From a virus, in IMG/VR virus record IMGVR_UViG_3300023174_000057, positions 32,001 through 96,000 of that record: 64,000 bases of DNA; one strand, 5' to 3'. Below the pieces are notes generated by a model. That model ran no database searches. It was not told the origin of the DNA and saw only the letters and a list, made by a program, of their open reading frames with translations. Below, in pieces: positions 19,421-29,204 of this stretch. Positions within the stretch are counted from its first letter, which is position 1, and each line of letters starts with the position of its first letter. The translations under genes and the position numbers were made by a program.

Positions 19421-20134
19421 ATGAGCAGCTATCAAGAGATCGGCTTCGGCGTCAACGACTCCACCATCGGGGTCAAGGGCAAGCGTTTCAAGGCGAAGGA
19501 GGGCGAGACGTACCGCGTCAGCTTCGTCTGGTGGCCGGGGCTGGAGGAGGGCAAGCCTGACCTCAACGCCCAGACCCCGCGCTTCATGGGCGCGAAGCGG
19601 CTGTACATCGCGGGCGTCGGCTACTTCATCTCCAAGTCCCCGGAGTACGAGCGTCTCGCCGGGAGCGCGGCGAAGATGTACGTCGGAACCGTGATCTGCA
19701 AGTGGCCCACGGACAACCGTGGCAACCTCGACAAGGGGCGCTTCGCCTCGGGCGACTTTGAGATCAACTCGTGGGTGATGAGCACCGACAAGTACCGCGC
19801 CATCGAGTCTCGCCACCGCGAGTTCCCGCTGGGCGAGCACGACCTCACGCTGTCCTGCACGGACACCCAGTTCCAGAAGATCGACATCAGCCCGTGCCGG
19901 GAGAGCCTCTTCCGCAAGATCGTGGAGAAGGACCCGGAGCGCGCAAAGACGATCATCGCGGAGGCGGCGGCAGTGGCCCGTGACCTCCCCCGCGACCTCG
20001 CCCAAGACCTCACTCTCGACCAGATCCGCGAAAAGATGGGCAAGGGTGGCGGCGCTTCTCCCGTGGCTCACACCGGGACCACGACGAACAACAGCGCCGA
20101 CTTCGACGGGATGCTCGACGACATCTTGAAGTGA
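19421..20134 (+). CDS. Putative single-stranded DNA-binding protein
   Basis: Beta-rich core, acidic C-terminus ADFDGMLDDILK, replication context. Confidence 0.55.
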   Translation: MSSYQEIGFGVNDSTIGVKGKRFKAKEGETYRVSFVWWPGLEEGKPDLNAQTPRFMGAKRLYIAGVGYFISKSPEYERLAGSAAKMYVGTVICKWPTDNRGNLDKGRFASGDFEINSWVMSTDKYRAIESRHREFPLGEHDLTLSCTDTQFQKIDISPCRESLFRKIVEKDPERAKTIIAEAAAVARDLPRDLAQDLTLDQIREKMGKGGGASPVAHTGTTTNNSADFDGMLDDILK

Positions 20135-20213
20135 GAGTATCGTAGTCCACGGCGCACGACCGGCACCTCGGGGGCTCCCCCCCCCTCCCCCGACCCAAGC
20201 CTTCGCGCGCCTA

Positions 20214-20253
20214 GAAGGGCGCACCGGGTTCCCCCTTCCCCGGTGCGCCCTTC
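20214..20253 (+). terminator. Perfect 15-bp hairpin downstream of the SSB gene
   Basis: GAAGGGCGCACCGGG / CCCGGTGCGCCCTTC. Confidence 0.6.
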
Positions 20254-20273
20254 GCCTATTTCGGAGACCCTCC

Positions 20274-20939
20274 ATGAAGGTCATTGGACTCGACCCCTCA
20301 CTTTCTAATTTCGGGTGGGCAATCCACGACACCACGGCCACGGGCCAAGCCCGGTGCATCGCGCGGGGTAGGCATTCCACCCCCGCCGACATGACCTTCG
20401 TGGACCGCTACACGTTCATGCGGGATTCGTTGCGGGAGCTCATTCAGAGGCACCAACCCGACAAGGTGGGGATCGAGAGCCCGTTCTTCGGCGGCACGTT
20501 CAGCGAGGGGATGTACGCGCTGTTCGTCTACTCCAACGAGGCTCTCAAGCTGGAGCGCCGCGACGTGGTGTACTTCTCGCCCCTCCAAGTGAAGGCGCAC
20601 GCGCGGGAGTCTCTCGGTCGCCCCGACAAGTGGAAGATGCAGAAGCCCGACATGGTCGCGGCGATGAAGCACGACCTCGGCGGTGGCGGCAAGAACGTCA
20701 ACCACAACGAGGCCGACGCCTACTTGGTGGGCCGTCTCGCAGGGCGGTTCTGGCGCTACCTCGACGGGGATCTCACGGACGCGGACCTCACCCCGGAGGA
20801 GCGTAAGCTCTTCGCAGAAGTCCACACCTACCAACGCGGCAAGAGCGCGGGGAAAACAGAGAGAAAGGGATTGGTCTACCGTGAAGAAGACAGGTTCTTC
20901 CGCTGGTCGAAAGCGGGTGGTGGGGGTACGTCCCCGTGA
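20274..20939 (+). CDS. ruvC: RuvC-like Holliday junction resolvase
   Basis: VIGLDPS, GIESPF, NEADA catalytic acidic motifs. Confidence 0.82.
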   Translation: MKVIGLDPSLSNFGWAIHDTTATGQARCIARGRHSTPADMTFVDRYTFMRDSLRELIQRHQPDKVGIESPFFGGTFSEGMYALFVYSNEALKLERRDVVYFSPLQVKAHARESLGRPDKWKMQKPDMVAAMKHDLGGGGKNVNHNEADAYLVGRLAGRFWRYLDGDLTDADLTPEERKLFAEVHTYQRGKSAGKTERKGLVYREEDRFFRWSKAGGGGTSP

Positions 20940-21219
20940 ACTCCAGACGCTCCTGCACTGCTCGATGCGCTACGCCCTCGGGCGCATGACGTATATGCCG
21001 GGGCTGGTCCAAGACCTCATCCGGGAGTACCGGGAAGTGTTCACCAACGAGATGCTGCGGCAACTCGCGGACGAGATCCAGAGCGAGCACGACCTCCGTG
21101 GTGGCAAGCTCGGCATGGACTTCGACACGACGGGGTGGTTGCAGTTTCGCGATTGGCTCCGGGCGACTGCCGACGCGGGCGTAACCTACCAGCCCCCATC
21201 ACCTCAACCCAAGGAGTAG
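20917..21219 (+). CDS. Hypothetical protein
   Basis: CSMRYALGRMTY phage-type ORF; start uncertain. Confidence 0.55.
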   Translation: MVGVRPRELQTLLHCSMRYALGRMTYMPGLVQDLIREYREVFTNEMLRQLADEIQSEHDLRGGKLGMDFDTTGWLQFRDWLRATADAGVTYQPPSPQPKE

Positions 21220-21224
21220 CCCCA

Positions 21225-22442
21225 ATGGCCACCGCCAAGAAATCTGCCGCCGCCCCCAAGGTCTCTGCCCTCACCCGCGCCCGTTCCGCCATCAAGACCG
21301 TCTTGAAGGAAGACCCCACGGTCCCTCTGTCCGAAGAGCTCCTCAAGCAGTCCACCCCGCACATCCCCACGGGATCTCTGATCGTGGACTACGCCATCGG
21401 CGGGAAGATCAACAAGTGGGGCATCGCGCCGTGCCCCGGCCTCCCCCGTGGCCGCATCACCCAGTTGTACGGCCAGAACTCGGCGGGGAAGACCACCCTC
21501 GCCCTCACCATCGCGGCGTCCGTGTGCGCGGCGGGTGGGACGGTCGCGTACATCGATTGGGAGCACGAGGTCGAGCCCCGCTACGCGAGCGCGCTCGGGG
21601 TTCCCATCAGCGACGAGTCCCGGTTCCTCCTCGTCCAGCCCGACTCTCTGGAGGACGGGATGAAGGCGATGGCCGTGTACATCAACGAGGGGGTGGACCT
21701 GATCGTCCTCGACTCGGTGGGCGCGGGCAAGCCCGAAGCGCAGGTGAACCGTGAGGTGGGTGAGATCGGTGACCAGACCCGTGTGGGCATCGTCGCCCAG
21801 AAGTGGTCCGAGTTCCTGCCCCAAGTGAAGATGATGATGTCCAAGTCGGGCACCACCATCCTCGCCATCTCTCAGCTTCGCAAGACCATCGCGGCCATGA
21901 CGGGCGGTCCCGACAGCGCCCCGCAGGGTGGCGAGGCGTGGAAGTTCTACACCAGCGTCCGCCTCATGCTCCGGGTCTTCCAGAAGGAGAAGGCCAAGCA
22001 GTTCGACCCGCTGACGGGCAAGATGGAGGAGAAGGTGGTCGGCACCATCGTCGCCCTCAAGCTCGACAAGTGCAAGGTGAGCGATTCTGTCAACAACGAG
22101 TTCAAGTTCTACCTCAAGTCGGGCTACGGCATCGACAACACCCGCTCGGTGGTGGAGCTCGCGCTCAACCACAAGATCATCACCAAGTCCGGGGCGTGGT
22201 ACTCGTGGCCCACGGGACCCAAGGGAGAGGTCCGGTCGCAGGGCTTGGAGGGTCTCCTCAAGGCCATCAACGACGACCCCAAGAACCTCCAGACGCTCTT
22301 CGCCCAAGTGACGCCCAAGCTCATGCAGCAGACGGCCAACGTGGAAGCCCCCGTCGAAGACGAAGACACCAGTGAGCTCGATGCCCTCCTCTCGTCGGTC
22401 CACGGCGTAAAGGCTCCCGCCACCGTCGAAGACGAGGGCTGA
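21225..22442 (+). CDS. recA: RecA recombinase
   Basis: GLPRGRITQLYGQNSAGKTT, IVLDSV, ISQLR, GGEAWKFYTSVR, KSGAWY. Confidence 0.95.
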   Translation: MATAKKSAAAPKVSALTRARSAIKTVLKEDPTVPLSEELLKQSTPHIPTGSLIVDYAIGGKINKWGIAPCPGLPRGRITQLYGQNSAGKTTLALTIAASVCAAGGTVAYIDWEHEVEPRYASALGVPISDESRFLLVQPDSLEDGMKAMAVYINEGVDLIVLDSVGAGKPEAQVNREVGEIGDQTRVGIVAQKWSEFLPQVKMMMSKSGTTILAISQLRKTIAAMTGGPDSAPQGGEAWKFYTSVRLMLRVFQKEKAKQFDPLTGKMEEKVVGTIVALKLDKCKVSDSVNNEFKFYLKSGYGIDNTRSVVELALNHKIITKSGAWYSWPTGPKGEVRSQGLEGLLKAINDDPKNLQTLFAQVTPKLMQQTANVEAPVEDEDTSELDALLSSVHGVKAPATVEDEG

Positions 22443-22456
22443 CGGGAGCTCGGCAG

Positions 22457-23653
22457 ATGACGGTCAAGATTCGGGTACGAGACTTTCAGTCCATCGAGGA
22501 TGCGGAGATCGAGGTCTCGGGTCTGACCGTCATCACGGGCCAGAACAACACCGGGAAGTCCGCCATGCTGCGCGCCGTCCACGGCGTGTTCACCAACGCT
22601 CGCGGAACCAAGTACGTCCGTCACGGCAGGGACCAGTGCTCCGTCACCGTCACGTTCGGTGACGGGCGCTCGGTCACATGGGAGAAGGGCGAGAAGGTCA
22701 ACCGCTACACCGTGGACGGCAAGGTGCTGGACAAGGTGGGTTCGGGAGTCCCCGTCGAGGTGGAGTCCTTTGGCGTGGTGCCCATCACGGCGTCGGGACG
22801 TGAGCTCTGGCCCCAGTTCGCACCACAGTTCACCGGGCAGGTGTTCCTGCTCGACCAGCCCGGGTCGGTGCTGGCCGAGTCCGTCGCGGACGTGTCTCGG
22901 GTGGGGGTGCTGAACGAGGCTCTGAGAAATACCCAGAGTGACAAGCGCGCCCTGTCATCGGAGCTCAAGGTCCGCCTTGGTGACGTGGTCCGGTACGAGG
23001 CACAGGAGGCGTCCTACGCAGGGCTGGACACGGTGGAAGCCCTCGCCCAAGAAGCCGAGATCCTCCACAGGCAGGTGGCCGACACTCAGCGCCAACTGGA
23101 AGGGGTCATCACCCTCCGAGACGCCATCACTGCCCGCACCCAGACTCTTCTCGACCTCCGTCCCGTGGAAGGGGTTGCGGTGCCGGGTGGGGTAGACGAG
23201 GCCCGCTCAACCCTCAACCTACTGGACGACGCCCTCGACCTCCAAGCCAAGCTCGGAGGGGTCACCCGCTCCCTTGAAGTTCTGGCCCCTGTGGCTGGGG
23301 TCACCGTCCCCGACGATACGGACACCACCCGCGCTCGCAAAGTGTCTGACGCCTTGTCCCTCGTCGCAGATCTCCGTGACCGGATGCGACCGTTCATGGA
23401 CGTGGTGGGTGAGGGGGGAGCTCTCCGCGAGGTGGCGACCGACGACCTCCCCGACGTGGACGGGGCGTCCAAGGGGCTCTTGGGGTTGGCCGACCTTCGC
23501 GCGATGCAGGACACCCTCACCGCTCGACAGACGGCCATCACCGCGTGCCGCTCCGACCTCCAGCGCACCACGGAGGAGTACGAGGTGGCCGTCCACGAGG
23601 TGCAGGAGATCATCGGGGACGCGGGTAGCTGCCCTATATGCGGTCACCCCTAG
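22457..23653 (+). CDS. Rad50/SbcC N-terminal half (Walker A, coiled coil, zinc hook)
   Basis: DFQSI, GQNNTGKS, Q-loop; ends CPICGHP. Confidence 0.82.
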   Translation: MTVKIRVRDFQSIEDAEIEVSGLTVITGQNNTGKSAMLRAVHGVFTNARGTKYVRHGRDQCSVTVTFGDGRSVTWEKGEKVNRYTVDGKVLDKVGSGVPVEVESFGVVPITASGRELWPQFAPQFTGQVFLLDQPGSVLAESVADVSRVGVLNEALRNTQSDKRALSSELKVRLGDVVRYEAQEASYAGLDTVEALAQEAEILHRQVADTQRQLEGVITLRDAITARTQTLLDLRPVEGVAVPGGVDEARSTLNLLDDALDLQAKLGGVTRSLEVLAPVAGVTVPDDTDTTRARKVSDALSLVADLRDRMRPFMDVVGEGGALREVATDDLPDVDGASKGLLGLADLRAMQDTLTARQTAITACRSDLQRTTEEYEVAVHEVQEIIGDAGSCPICGHP

Positions 23654-23664
23654 AGGTGCCCGCC

Positions 23665-23946
23665 ATGCGAAGGCTGTTTCCGCTGTTCGTGTTTCTCACG
23701 TTCGTTTCGTCGTGCAAGTGCCGACAGACGGGCGTGATCTACCCCACCAACGCTTGCACCAACGGTTCTACCACCTGCATGAACGGGCGTCCCTACGCTT
23801 GCGGGGGTGGTGCTTGGCGTCCCGTGGGCGACGTGACGTGTGCGGCTGTGGGCGGCGTGTGCTGCCTCGACGCAGTCTCACAGGTCCATGCGTGTGTGGC
23901 CCAAGACCGCTGCGCCCCCACCACGTCGGGAGGTAACCGACCATGA
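23665..23946 (+). CDS. Cys-rich putative lipoprotein
   Basis: Signal peptide MRRLFPLFVFLTFVSS-C followed by multiple Cys. Confidence 0.6.
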   Translation: MRRLFPLFVFLTFVSSCKCRQTGVIYPTNACTNGSTTCMNGRPYACGGGAWRPVGDVTCAAVGGVCCLDAVSQVHACVAQDRCAPTTSGGNRP

Positions 23947-24545
23947 GCGACATCGCCATCGCTGCCAAGGTGCTTCAAGACTTCTTGTCGTCGGAGTTCG
24001 GGTTCACCGTCCACGACAAGGAGACCTCGACCCTCATGAAGGCCGTCGCCTTCGGGATGGACGTGGGGTCGGCGTTCTCGCCGGGGCTCCCCAAGGGCGA
24101 GGACTTCATGACCCGCTTCGCGACGACCATTGGGAAGGAAGTGTTCCTGCCCAAGTCCATCCGGGACAACCCCGCGTCGCTGATCGAAGTGGTCACGCAC
24201 GAGGCCCAGCACGTCATCCAGTTCAACGACACCCACGTCGAGTTCGCGTGGTTCTACCTGACGGATGCGTCGGCGCGGGCGCAGTTTGAGGCTGACGCCT
24301 ACGCGAGCGGTCTCTCCCTGCGGTGCTGGCTCACGGGGGAGACTCCCAATGAGAGCATCCCGTGGGTGCTGGACTCCCTCGTGAAGTCCTACCACCTCAA
24401 GGCCGAGGACAAGGTCTACGCCGAGGCCGCTCTGAAGTCTCACATGGCGAGCCTGTCGTCGGGCCTCGTGATGACCCGCGCCGCGCGCAGCGCCATCGTG
24501 TTCCTCGACAAGAACTACCCCGATCTCAAGGGCTCCGTTCAGTGA
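23943..24545 (+). CDS. HExxH zinc-metalloprotease-like protein
   Basis: VTHEAQHVIQ and downstream FEADAY. Confidence 0.6.
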   Translation: MSDIAIAAKVLQDFLSSEFGFTVHDKETSTLMKAVAFGMDVGSAFSPGLPKGEDFMTRFATTIGKEVFLPKSIRDNPASLIEVVTHEAQHVIQFNDTHVEFAWFYLTDASARAQFEADAYASGLSLRCWLTGETPNESIPWVLDSLVKSYHLKAEDKVYAEAALKSHMASLSSGLVMTRAARSAIVFLDKNYPDLKGSVQ

Positions 24546-25036
24546 AGCCCGTCGAGACGTACTACCACTGCACCTACGCGCGAAACCTAAGCGCGATTGC
24601 GAAGAAGGGTCTGCGCCCTTCGGCAACGCCCGTACTGATGCGTGCGGCACCGGGCAACCTTCGGGGCGTGTACCTTTCGGATTCGGGAGGGTTGCCCTTC
24701 TGGTTCCGCAAGCTGATCGACTGGGCGCAGCACGATTCGGACAACCCCGTCGAAGATGGGATGGTCCCGGTGGTGTTGCGGGTCACCACGGCGTGTGACA
24801 CCGTCGAGGACGTTGCGGGATCGCAAGACTCGGGGAACGAAGCGGTCGTGTGCTCCCGCCCCATCGTGCCCGGAGCGATTCGGGTGTGGGACGGGAGCTC
24901 GTGGGTGCCGGTGTCTCAGGGGGTCGATCAAGACCGTGGGGCGCAATGGGTCGAGGACGAAGATTTCGACCTCGGCGGCTACTACGAGCTACTGGGCCCC
25001 TACGAGAGCCCGCTCATGCCACGCGACCGGGCGTAA
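24542..25036 (+). CDS. ADP-ribosyltransferase-fold protein (Tpt1/DarT-like)
   Basis: YYHCT...NLSAIAKKGLRP...GVYLS. Confidence 0.55.
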   Translation: MKPVETYYHCTYARNLSAIAKKGLRPSATPVLMRAAPGNLRGVYLSDSGGLPFWFRKLIDWAQHDSDNPVEDGMVPVVLRVTTACDTVEDVAGSQDSGNEAVVCSRPIVPGAIRVWDGSSWVPVSQGVDQDRGAQWVEDEDFDLGGYYELLGPYESPLMPRDRA

Positions 25037-25118
25037 CGTCTGGGCACCATGCCCGTCACCCTCATCTGGCGAACCTAATCTCGTTGCGCTAGGCTTGCGG
25101 ACGGTGCATACTTCCCGT

Positions 25119-25868
25119 ATGCACGAACGGCGACACGCCTCTCGTACTTTTACTTGTGCCTGTGGCAAGATCGTCACGGGAAAAGTCCGTATGGGCGATG
25201 ACCTTTGTTTGGCCTGCCACCTCAACACTAGACCGAAGTATCCCCGTAAAGGGGTTGAAGTTCCGTGCGAGTGGTGCGGGAACTGGGTGTACCTAACCCG
25301 TTCGGCGCATCAATCTTCGGGCCATATTTTTTGCTCCAGAGAGCATAGCAACGAATGGTGGCGTCGGGATCAAGTTGTCTTGACGTGTAAGGTTTGTGGG
25401 AAAACACGCAGGGAGGCCAAATCCCACGCCAATCGGTACAAGGTGTCTTACTGTTCCTTGTCTTGCCGAAACTCTGACCCCGATATGAGGGAACAACTGC
25501 ATCAAGCCAGCTTGATGCAAGAAATCCTCTTTGAGTCCAGTGCCGAGAAATTGGGTTTTTCTTTTTTGGATGCGCTAGGTGTCAGCTACGAGAAACAACA
25601 TCCCATCAAAAGCAAGTTCATCGTCGATGCCTTGATACCACACGTCAAGGTGGTCTTGGAATTCGATGGGGACTACTGGCACGGAAATCCCACCCTCTAC
25701 AAGACGCCGGATGCGAGGCAAATTCGGCAGATGAAGCGGGATGCGGCTCGGGACACCTACTTGGGCTCATGTGGGTATCGGGTGGTTCGTATTTGGGAGT
25801 CCGACCTGAAGCGTAATGCCGATGCAGTCAAATCTCGTCTGTGCTCGATCCTCATGGTGTCTCAATGA
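25119..25868 (+). CDS. Zn-finger plus DUF559/Vsr-like endonuclease (putative homing endonuclease)
   Basis: CxxC repeats, FCSREH/YCSLSC, EFDGDYWHG, RVVRIWES; lower GC than flanks. Confidence 0.78.
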   Translation: MHERRHASRTFTCACGKIVTGKVRMGDDLCLACHLNTRPKYPRKGVEVPCEWCGNWVYLTRSAHQSSGHIFCSREHSNEWWRRDQVVLTCKVCGKTRREAKSHANRYKVSYCSLSCRNSDPDMREQLHQASLMQEILFESSAEKLGFSFLDALGVSYEKQHPIKSKFIVDALIPHVKVVLEFDGDYWHGNPTLYKTPDARQIRQMKRDAARDTYLGSCGYRVVRIWESDLKRNADAVKSRLCSILMVSQ

Positions 25869-26839
25869 TAACGCTTGTGTGGAGGACCGACGTACACCTG
25901 TCGGATCACACCCCCCGCTCGCGTACGGACAATTGGACGGACACGGTTCTTCGTAAGCTCTCCGACATCGGTGAGATCGCCCGCAAATCGGGTGCGAACG
26001 CCGTGATCGACGGCGGGGACTTCTTCGACATCAAGGCACCGGGCCGGAACTCTCACGCCTTGATTCAGCGGGTCATGGCCGTCCACCGGGACTACCCCTG
26101 CCCGGTGTTCGCGAACGTCGGCAACCACGACTGCGTGTACGGGGACTACAGCTACCTTCCGCAGCAACCTCTGGGAGTTCTGTACGAGGCCGGGACGTTC
26201 CGCCGTCTGTACGACGAGCACGAGGCCGTGTTCACCCTCCCCGGCATCAAGGTCCGGGTGGTGGGTGTGCCCTACCACGGGGTGAAGTACGACATGGACC
26301 GCCTTGCCCGGATCAAGAGGGGTGACGAGGACTACTTGGTGGTGGTCTGCCACCTGCTGGCCAGCCCGACGCAGTCCACCATGTTCGACGCCGAGGACGT
26401 GATCCGGTACGACACGCTGGACGACCTCCCCGACGTGGACGTGTGGGCCTTCGGTCACTGGCACAAGGACCAAGGGATCGAGCTCACCCCCGGCGGCAAG
26501 ACGGTGGTCAACATCGGGAGCCTCACCCGGGGGGCTCTCTCCCAAGACAACCTTGACCGGGTGCCCTCCGTGGCCGTGATGCGCTTCGACCGCGACGGGT
26601 TCACCGTCGAGAAGCTCTCCGTCCCCCACGCCCCGGCCAACGAGGTGTTCGACCTTGAGAAGCGGGACAAGGAGCAGATCCAGCAGACGATGATCGAGGA
26701 GTTCGTCGATCACCTGTCGCAGACCTTCGCCCCGTCAGCCCAGAAATCCCTCACGGATGCTGTGAGGGACATTCCCGGCGTGCCCGACTCCGTGCGCGAA
26801 AAGGCCATCAACTACATCGAGCGGGCGGGCGGGCGGTAG
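25865..26839 (+). CDS. Mre11/SbcD nuclease
   Basis: TDVH, GGDFFD, GNHD, FGHWH, NIGSL. Confidence 0.85.
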   Translation: MITLVWRTDVHLSDHTPRSRTDNWTDTVLRKLSDIGEIARKSGANAVIDGGDFFDIKAPGRNSHALIQRVMAVHRDYPCPVFANVGNHDCVYGDYSYLPQQPLGVLYEAGTFRRLYDEHEAVFTLPGIKVRVVGVPYHGVKYDMDRLARIKRGDEDYLVVVCHLLASPTQSTMFDAEDVIRYDTLDDLPDVDVWAFGHWHKDQGIELTPGGKTVVNIGSLTRGALSQDNLDRVPSVAVMRFDRDGFTVEKLSVPHAPANEVFDLEKRDKEQIQQTMIEEFVDHLSQTFAPSAQKSLTDAVRDIPGVPDSVREKAINYIERAGGR

Positions 26840-26848
26840 AGTTTCTGC

Positions 26849-27805
26849 GTGTCGCAGAGATACCTCTATTGGAGTTCACTGGAGCAGTACGAGCTCTGTC
26901 CCCGGTCTTTCCTCTGGGGTCATGGGTACGGGACCATCGACCTTGGGCGGGGGCCGGGTCGGTCGAAGGCCAAGCCCGAGAAGGACAGCAAGCACCACGC
27001 GGTGATGGGCATTGTGCTCGCCCGGGCCGTCGAGCACCTGTACAACGACGAGATGTGGCGCGAGCCCGAGACGCTCGTCCAGAAGCTCACGGACTTGGTG
27101 ACCCGCGAGTTCACCTTCGCCCTCAACGAGCACTACATCGATTGGAACGAGGCCCCGCCCAAGTCGGAAATGCTGGACGTGTGCTTGAAGGGGGTGACGG
27201 GCTACCTCAAGACGATGAAGGCCAACAGGCTCTTGGGTCCCTACGCCAAGAGCGAGGTGGACCTGACCGCATGGGTGGACCAGTACACGCCCGTGGGCGG
27301 GCGTCCCGATGTGATCGTCCGTCGTGACGACACCGGGATCACCATCCTCGATGGCAAGAACTCCCTCACCCCCGGCAAGTACACCAACCCCGACCAGCTT
27401 CGGTGGTACGCCCTCTGTTTCTACCTCGCGTACAACACCCTGCCCAACCGTCTGGCCTTCGTGTATTTCCGGTACCCCGAGGGGACACCTCCCAAGGATC
27501 ACCCGGAGGGTGCCCCGTGGACCGGGCTGGTAGAGGTTCCCTTCACCCGTGAGGACCTCAAGACCATCGGGGTGCGCGCCAAGGAGACGCACCGGGCGAT
27601 GCAGAAGGAGCTCTTCGACCCGTCCCCGTCTGCCAAGGCGTGTCGGTTCTGCGACTACAAGACGGTGTGCGACGCGGCGCATCAGCCCACCCCGCGCAAG
27701 CCGAAGTCTCTGCCCGTGGTCGAGGGCACGGTCGAGCACACGATTTCCAATTCTGACGGGATCGTTGAGTTCGGGTTCGACGTGGGCGTAAAGACCAAGC
27801 CATGA
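26849..27805 (+). CDS. PD-(D/E)XK nuclease (RecB/AddB/Cas4-like, Fe-S)
   Basis: CPR, GRPDVI, ILDGK, QLRWYA, CRFCDYKTVC. Confidence 0.82.
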   Translation: MSQRYLYWSSLEQYELCPRSFLWGHGYGTIDLGRGPGRSKAKPEKDSKHHAVMGIVLARAVEHLYNDEMWREPETLVQKLTDLVTREFTFALNEHYIDWNEAPPKSEMLDVCLKGVTGYLKTMKANRLLGPYAKSEVDLTAWVDQYTPVGGRPDVIVRRDDTGITILDGKNSLTPGKYTNPDQLRWYALCFYLAYNTLPNRLAFVYFRYPEGTPPKDHPEGAPWTGLVEVPFTREDLKTIGVRAKETHRAMQKELFDPSPSAKACRFCDYKTVCDAAHQPTPRKPKSLPVVEGTVEHTISNSDGIVEFGFDVGVKTKP

Positions 27806-28080
27806 CCACCGCACCCGACTTGAAGGCTCGCCTTGACCTCGCGGTCAAGCGCCGGGACGACTTGGCCGCGAAGCGCCAACGGCTACTCATCCGTCTGGAG
27901 GAAGCAGAACGCTCGCTGGAGGAGCTCCGTGCCAAGTGTCGGGCCAAGAACATCGACCCGGACAAGCTGGACGAGGTGATCGCCAAGCTGACCACGTCTC
28001 TGGAGGCCACCGTGGCCAACTTGGAGGCGAAGCTGTCCGAGGCCGAGAAAGCCCTTGAACCCTTCACCAACAGAAAGTGA
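27802..28080 (+). CDS. Small coiled-coil protein
   Basis: Heptad pattern; coupled to both neighbours. Confidence 0.65.
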   Translation: MTTAPDLKARLDLAVKRRDDLAAKRQRLLIRLEEAERSLEELRAKCRAKNIDPDKLDEVIAKLTTSLEATVANLEAKLSEAEKALEPFTNRK

Positions 28081-29204
28081 CCGTGACCGTGAACCTCAAC
28101 AGCACCGACCTCAACGCCGCGCTCAAGGTGGTCCGCACCACCGTGGGCTCATCCAGCGACATCTCGTCCCACTACGTCTTCCGCATCCGTGAGGGTGGTC
28201 TGGAGGTGCTCTCCTACGACGGGCGCACGTTCTCCTCGTGCGTCGTGCCGCACACCAAGAGCGACGAGGACATGACCTTCACGGTCGAGGCGAGGCGTGT
28301 CCACGTTCTCCTCGACAGCGTGGGTGACAACCAAGCTCTCGACGTGTCCGTGGCCGAGAGCGAGGTGGTCTTCCGCACCCCCCGTGGGAAGATGTCCTTC
28401 TCGTCCCTCGACCCGTCCCTGTTCCCCTACTGGGACGACGTTCTGGCTGGGGCCACGCTGACGGCTACGGTCCTCTCCGACCGTCTGCACGGCGCGCTCG
28501 GCCACGCCAAGCAGTTCATCTACGATCAGGAGAGCAAGAACCCCGGGCTGTGCGTGGCCGAGTTCCGTGGCGGGGTGCTCCACTGCACCGACCAGATGGC
28601 CGTGAGCTTCGTCAGGATGCCGGGGCTGGAGTCCTGCAAGCTGCGGGTCTTCGTGAAGGACCTCCCCAACGTCCTGTCATTTCTCGCCACGGCGAAGGGC
28701 GAGGACGTGGAGGTGCTGGAGTCCGACCGCGCGAGCTTCATCCGGCGCAAGGACGGGGCCGTGTTCGGTGAGGCCCTGTACGCGCATCGGTTCCCCGACA
28801 TCTCGGTGGATTGGTCGCTGGAAGACGACCAGACGTGGAGCATCTTCCAAGAAGAGCTCCTCGACGGGGTCAAGTTCCTTCAGTCCGGGGCGAGGACCGA
28901 CGAGCCCAAGGTTCGGTTCACCCGCGAGGGGGACAAGATCAACCTCGCGATGACCGCCGTCAGCGGCAAGCCCCTGCCCCTCTCTGTCCCCTTGGTGGAG
29001 TTCAAACAGAAGGACGGGGGCGTAACGGAGATGCCGACGTTCGCCGTGACGGACACCTACCTCTCCAAGATGCTCAACGGGAACATCAACACCAAGGTGT
29101 CGCTGGGCGTGACCAAGAAGGGCTCTGGGGGGTGGGTTCGTGTTCGCGACGACCGAGGCACGGACACCTACCACACCACGGTCGCATGGTTGAAGAACGC
29201 CTAA
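28077..29204 (+). CDS. dnaN: DNA polymerase III beta sliding clamp-like protein
   Basis: 375 aa; LEVLSYDG, CTDQM and FP motifs spaced as in DnaN; clamp-loader genes present in the window. Confidence 0.6.
   Translation: MTVTVNLNSTDLNAALKVVRTTVGSSSDISSHYVFRIREGGLEVLSYDGRTFSSCVVPHTKSDEDMTFTVEARRVHVLLDSVGDNQALDVSVAESEVVFRTPRGKMSFSSLDPSLFPYWDDVLAGATLTATVLSDRLHGALGHAKQFIYDQESKNPGLCVAEFRGGVLHCTDQMAVSFVRMPGLESCKLRVFVKDLPNVLSFLATAKGEDVEVLESDRASFIRRKDGAVFGEALYAHRFPDISVDWSLEDDQTWSIFQEELLDGVKFLQSGARTDEPKVRFTREGDKINLAMTAVSGKPLPLSVPLVEFKQKDGGVTEMPTFAVTDTYLSKMLNGNINTKVSLGVTKKGSGGWVRVRDDRGTDTYHTTVAWLKNA

Noticed and set aside
26849-27805. Cas4 indicating a CRISPR adaptation module
   Set aside because: No cas1/cas2 or array; the recombination-operon context fits a generic PD-(D/E)XK exonuclease.
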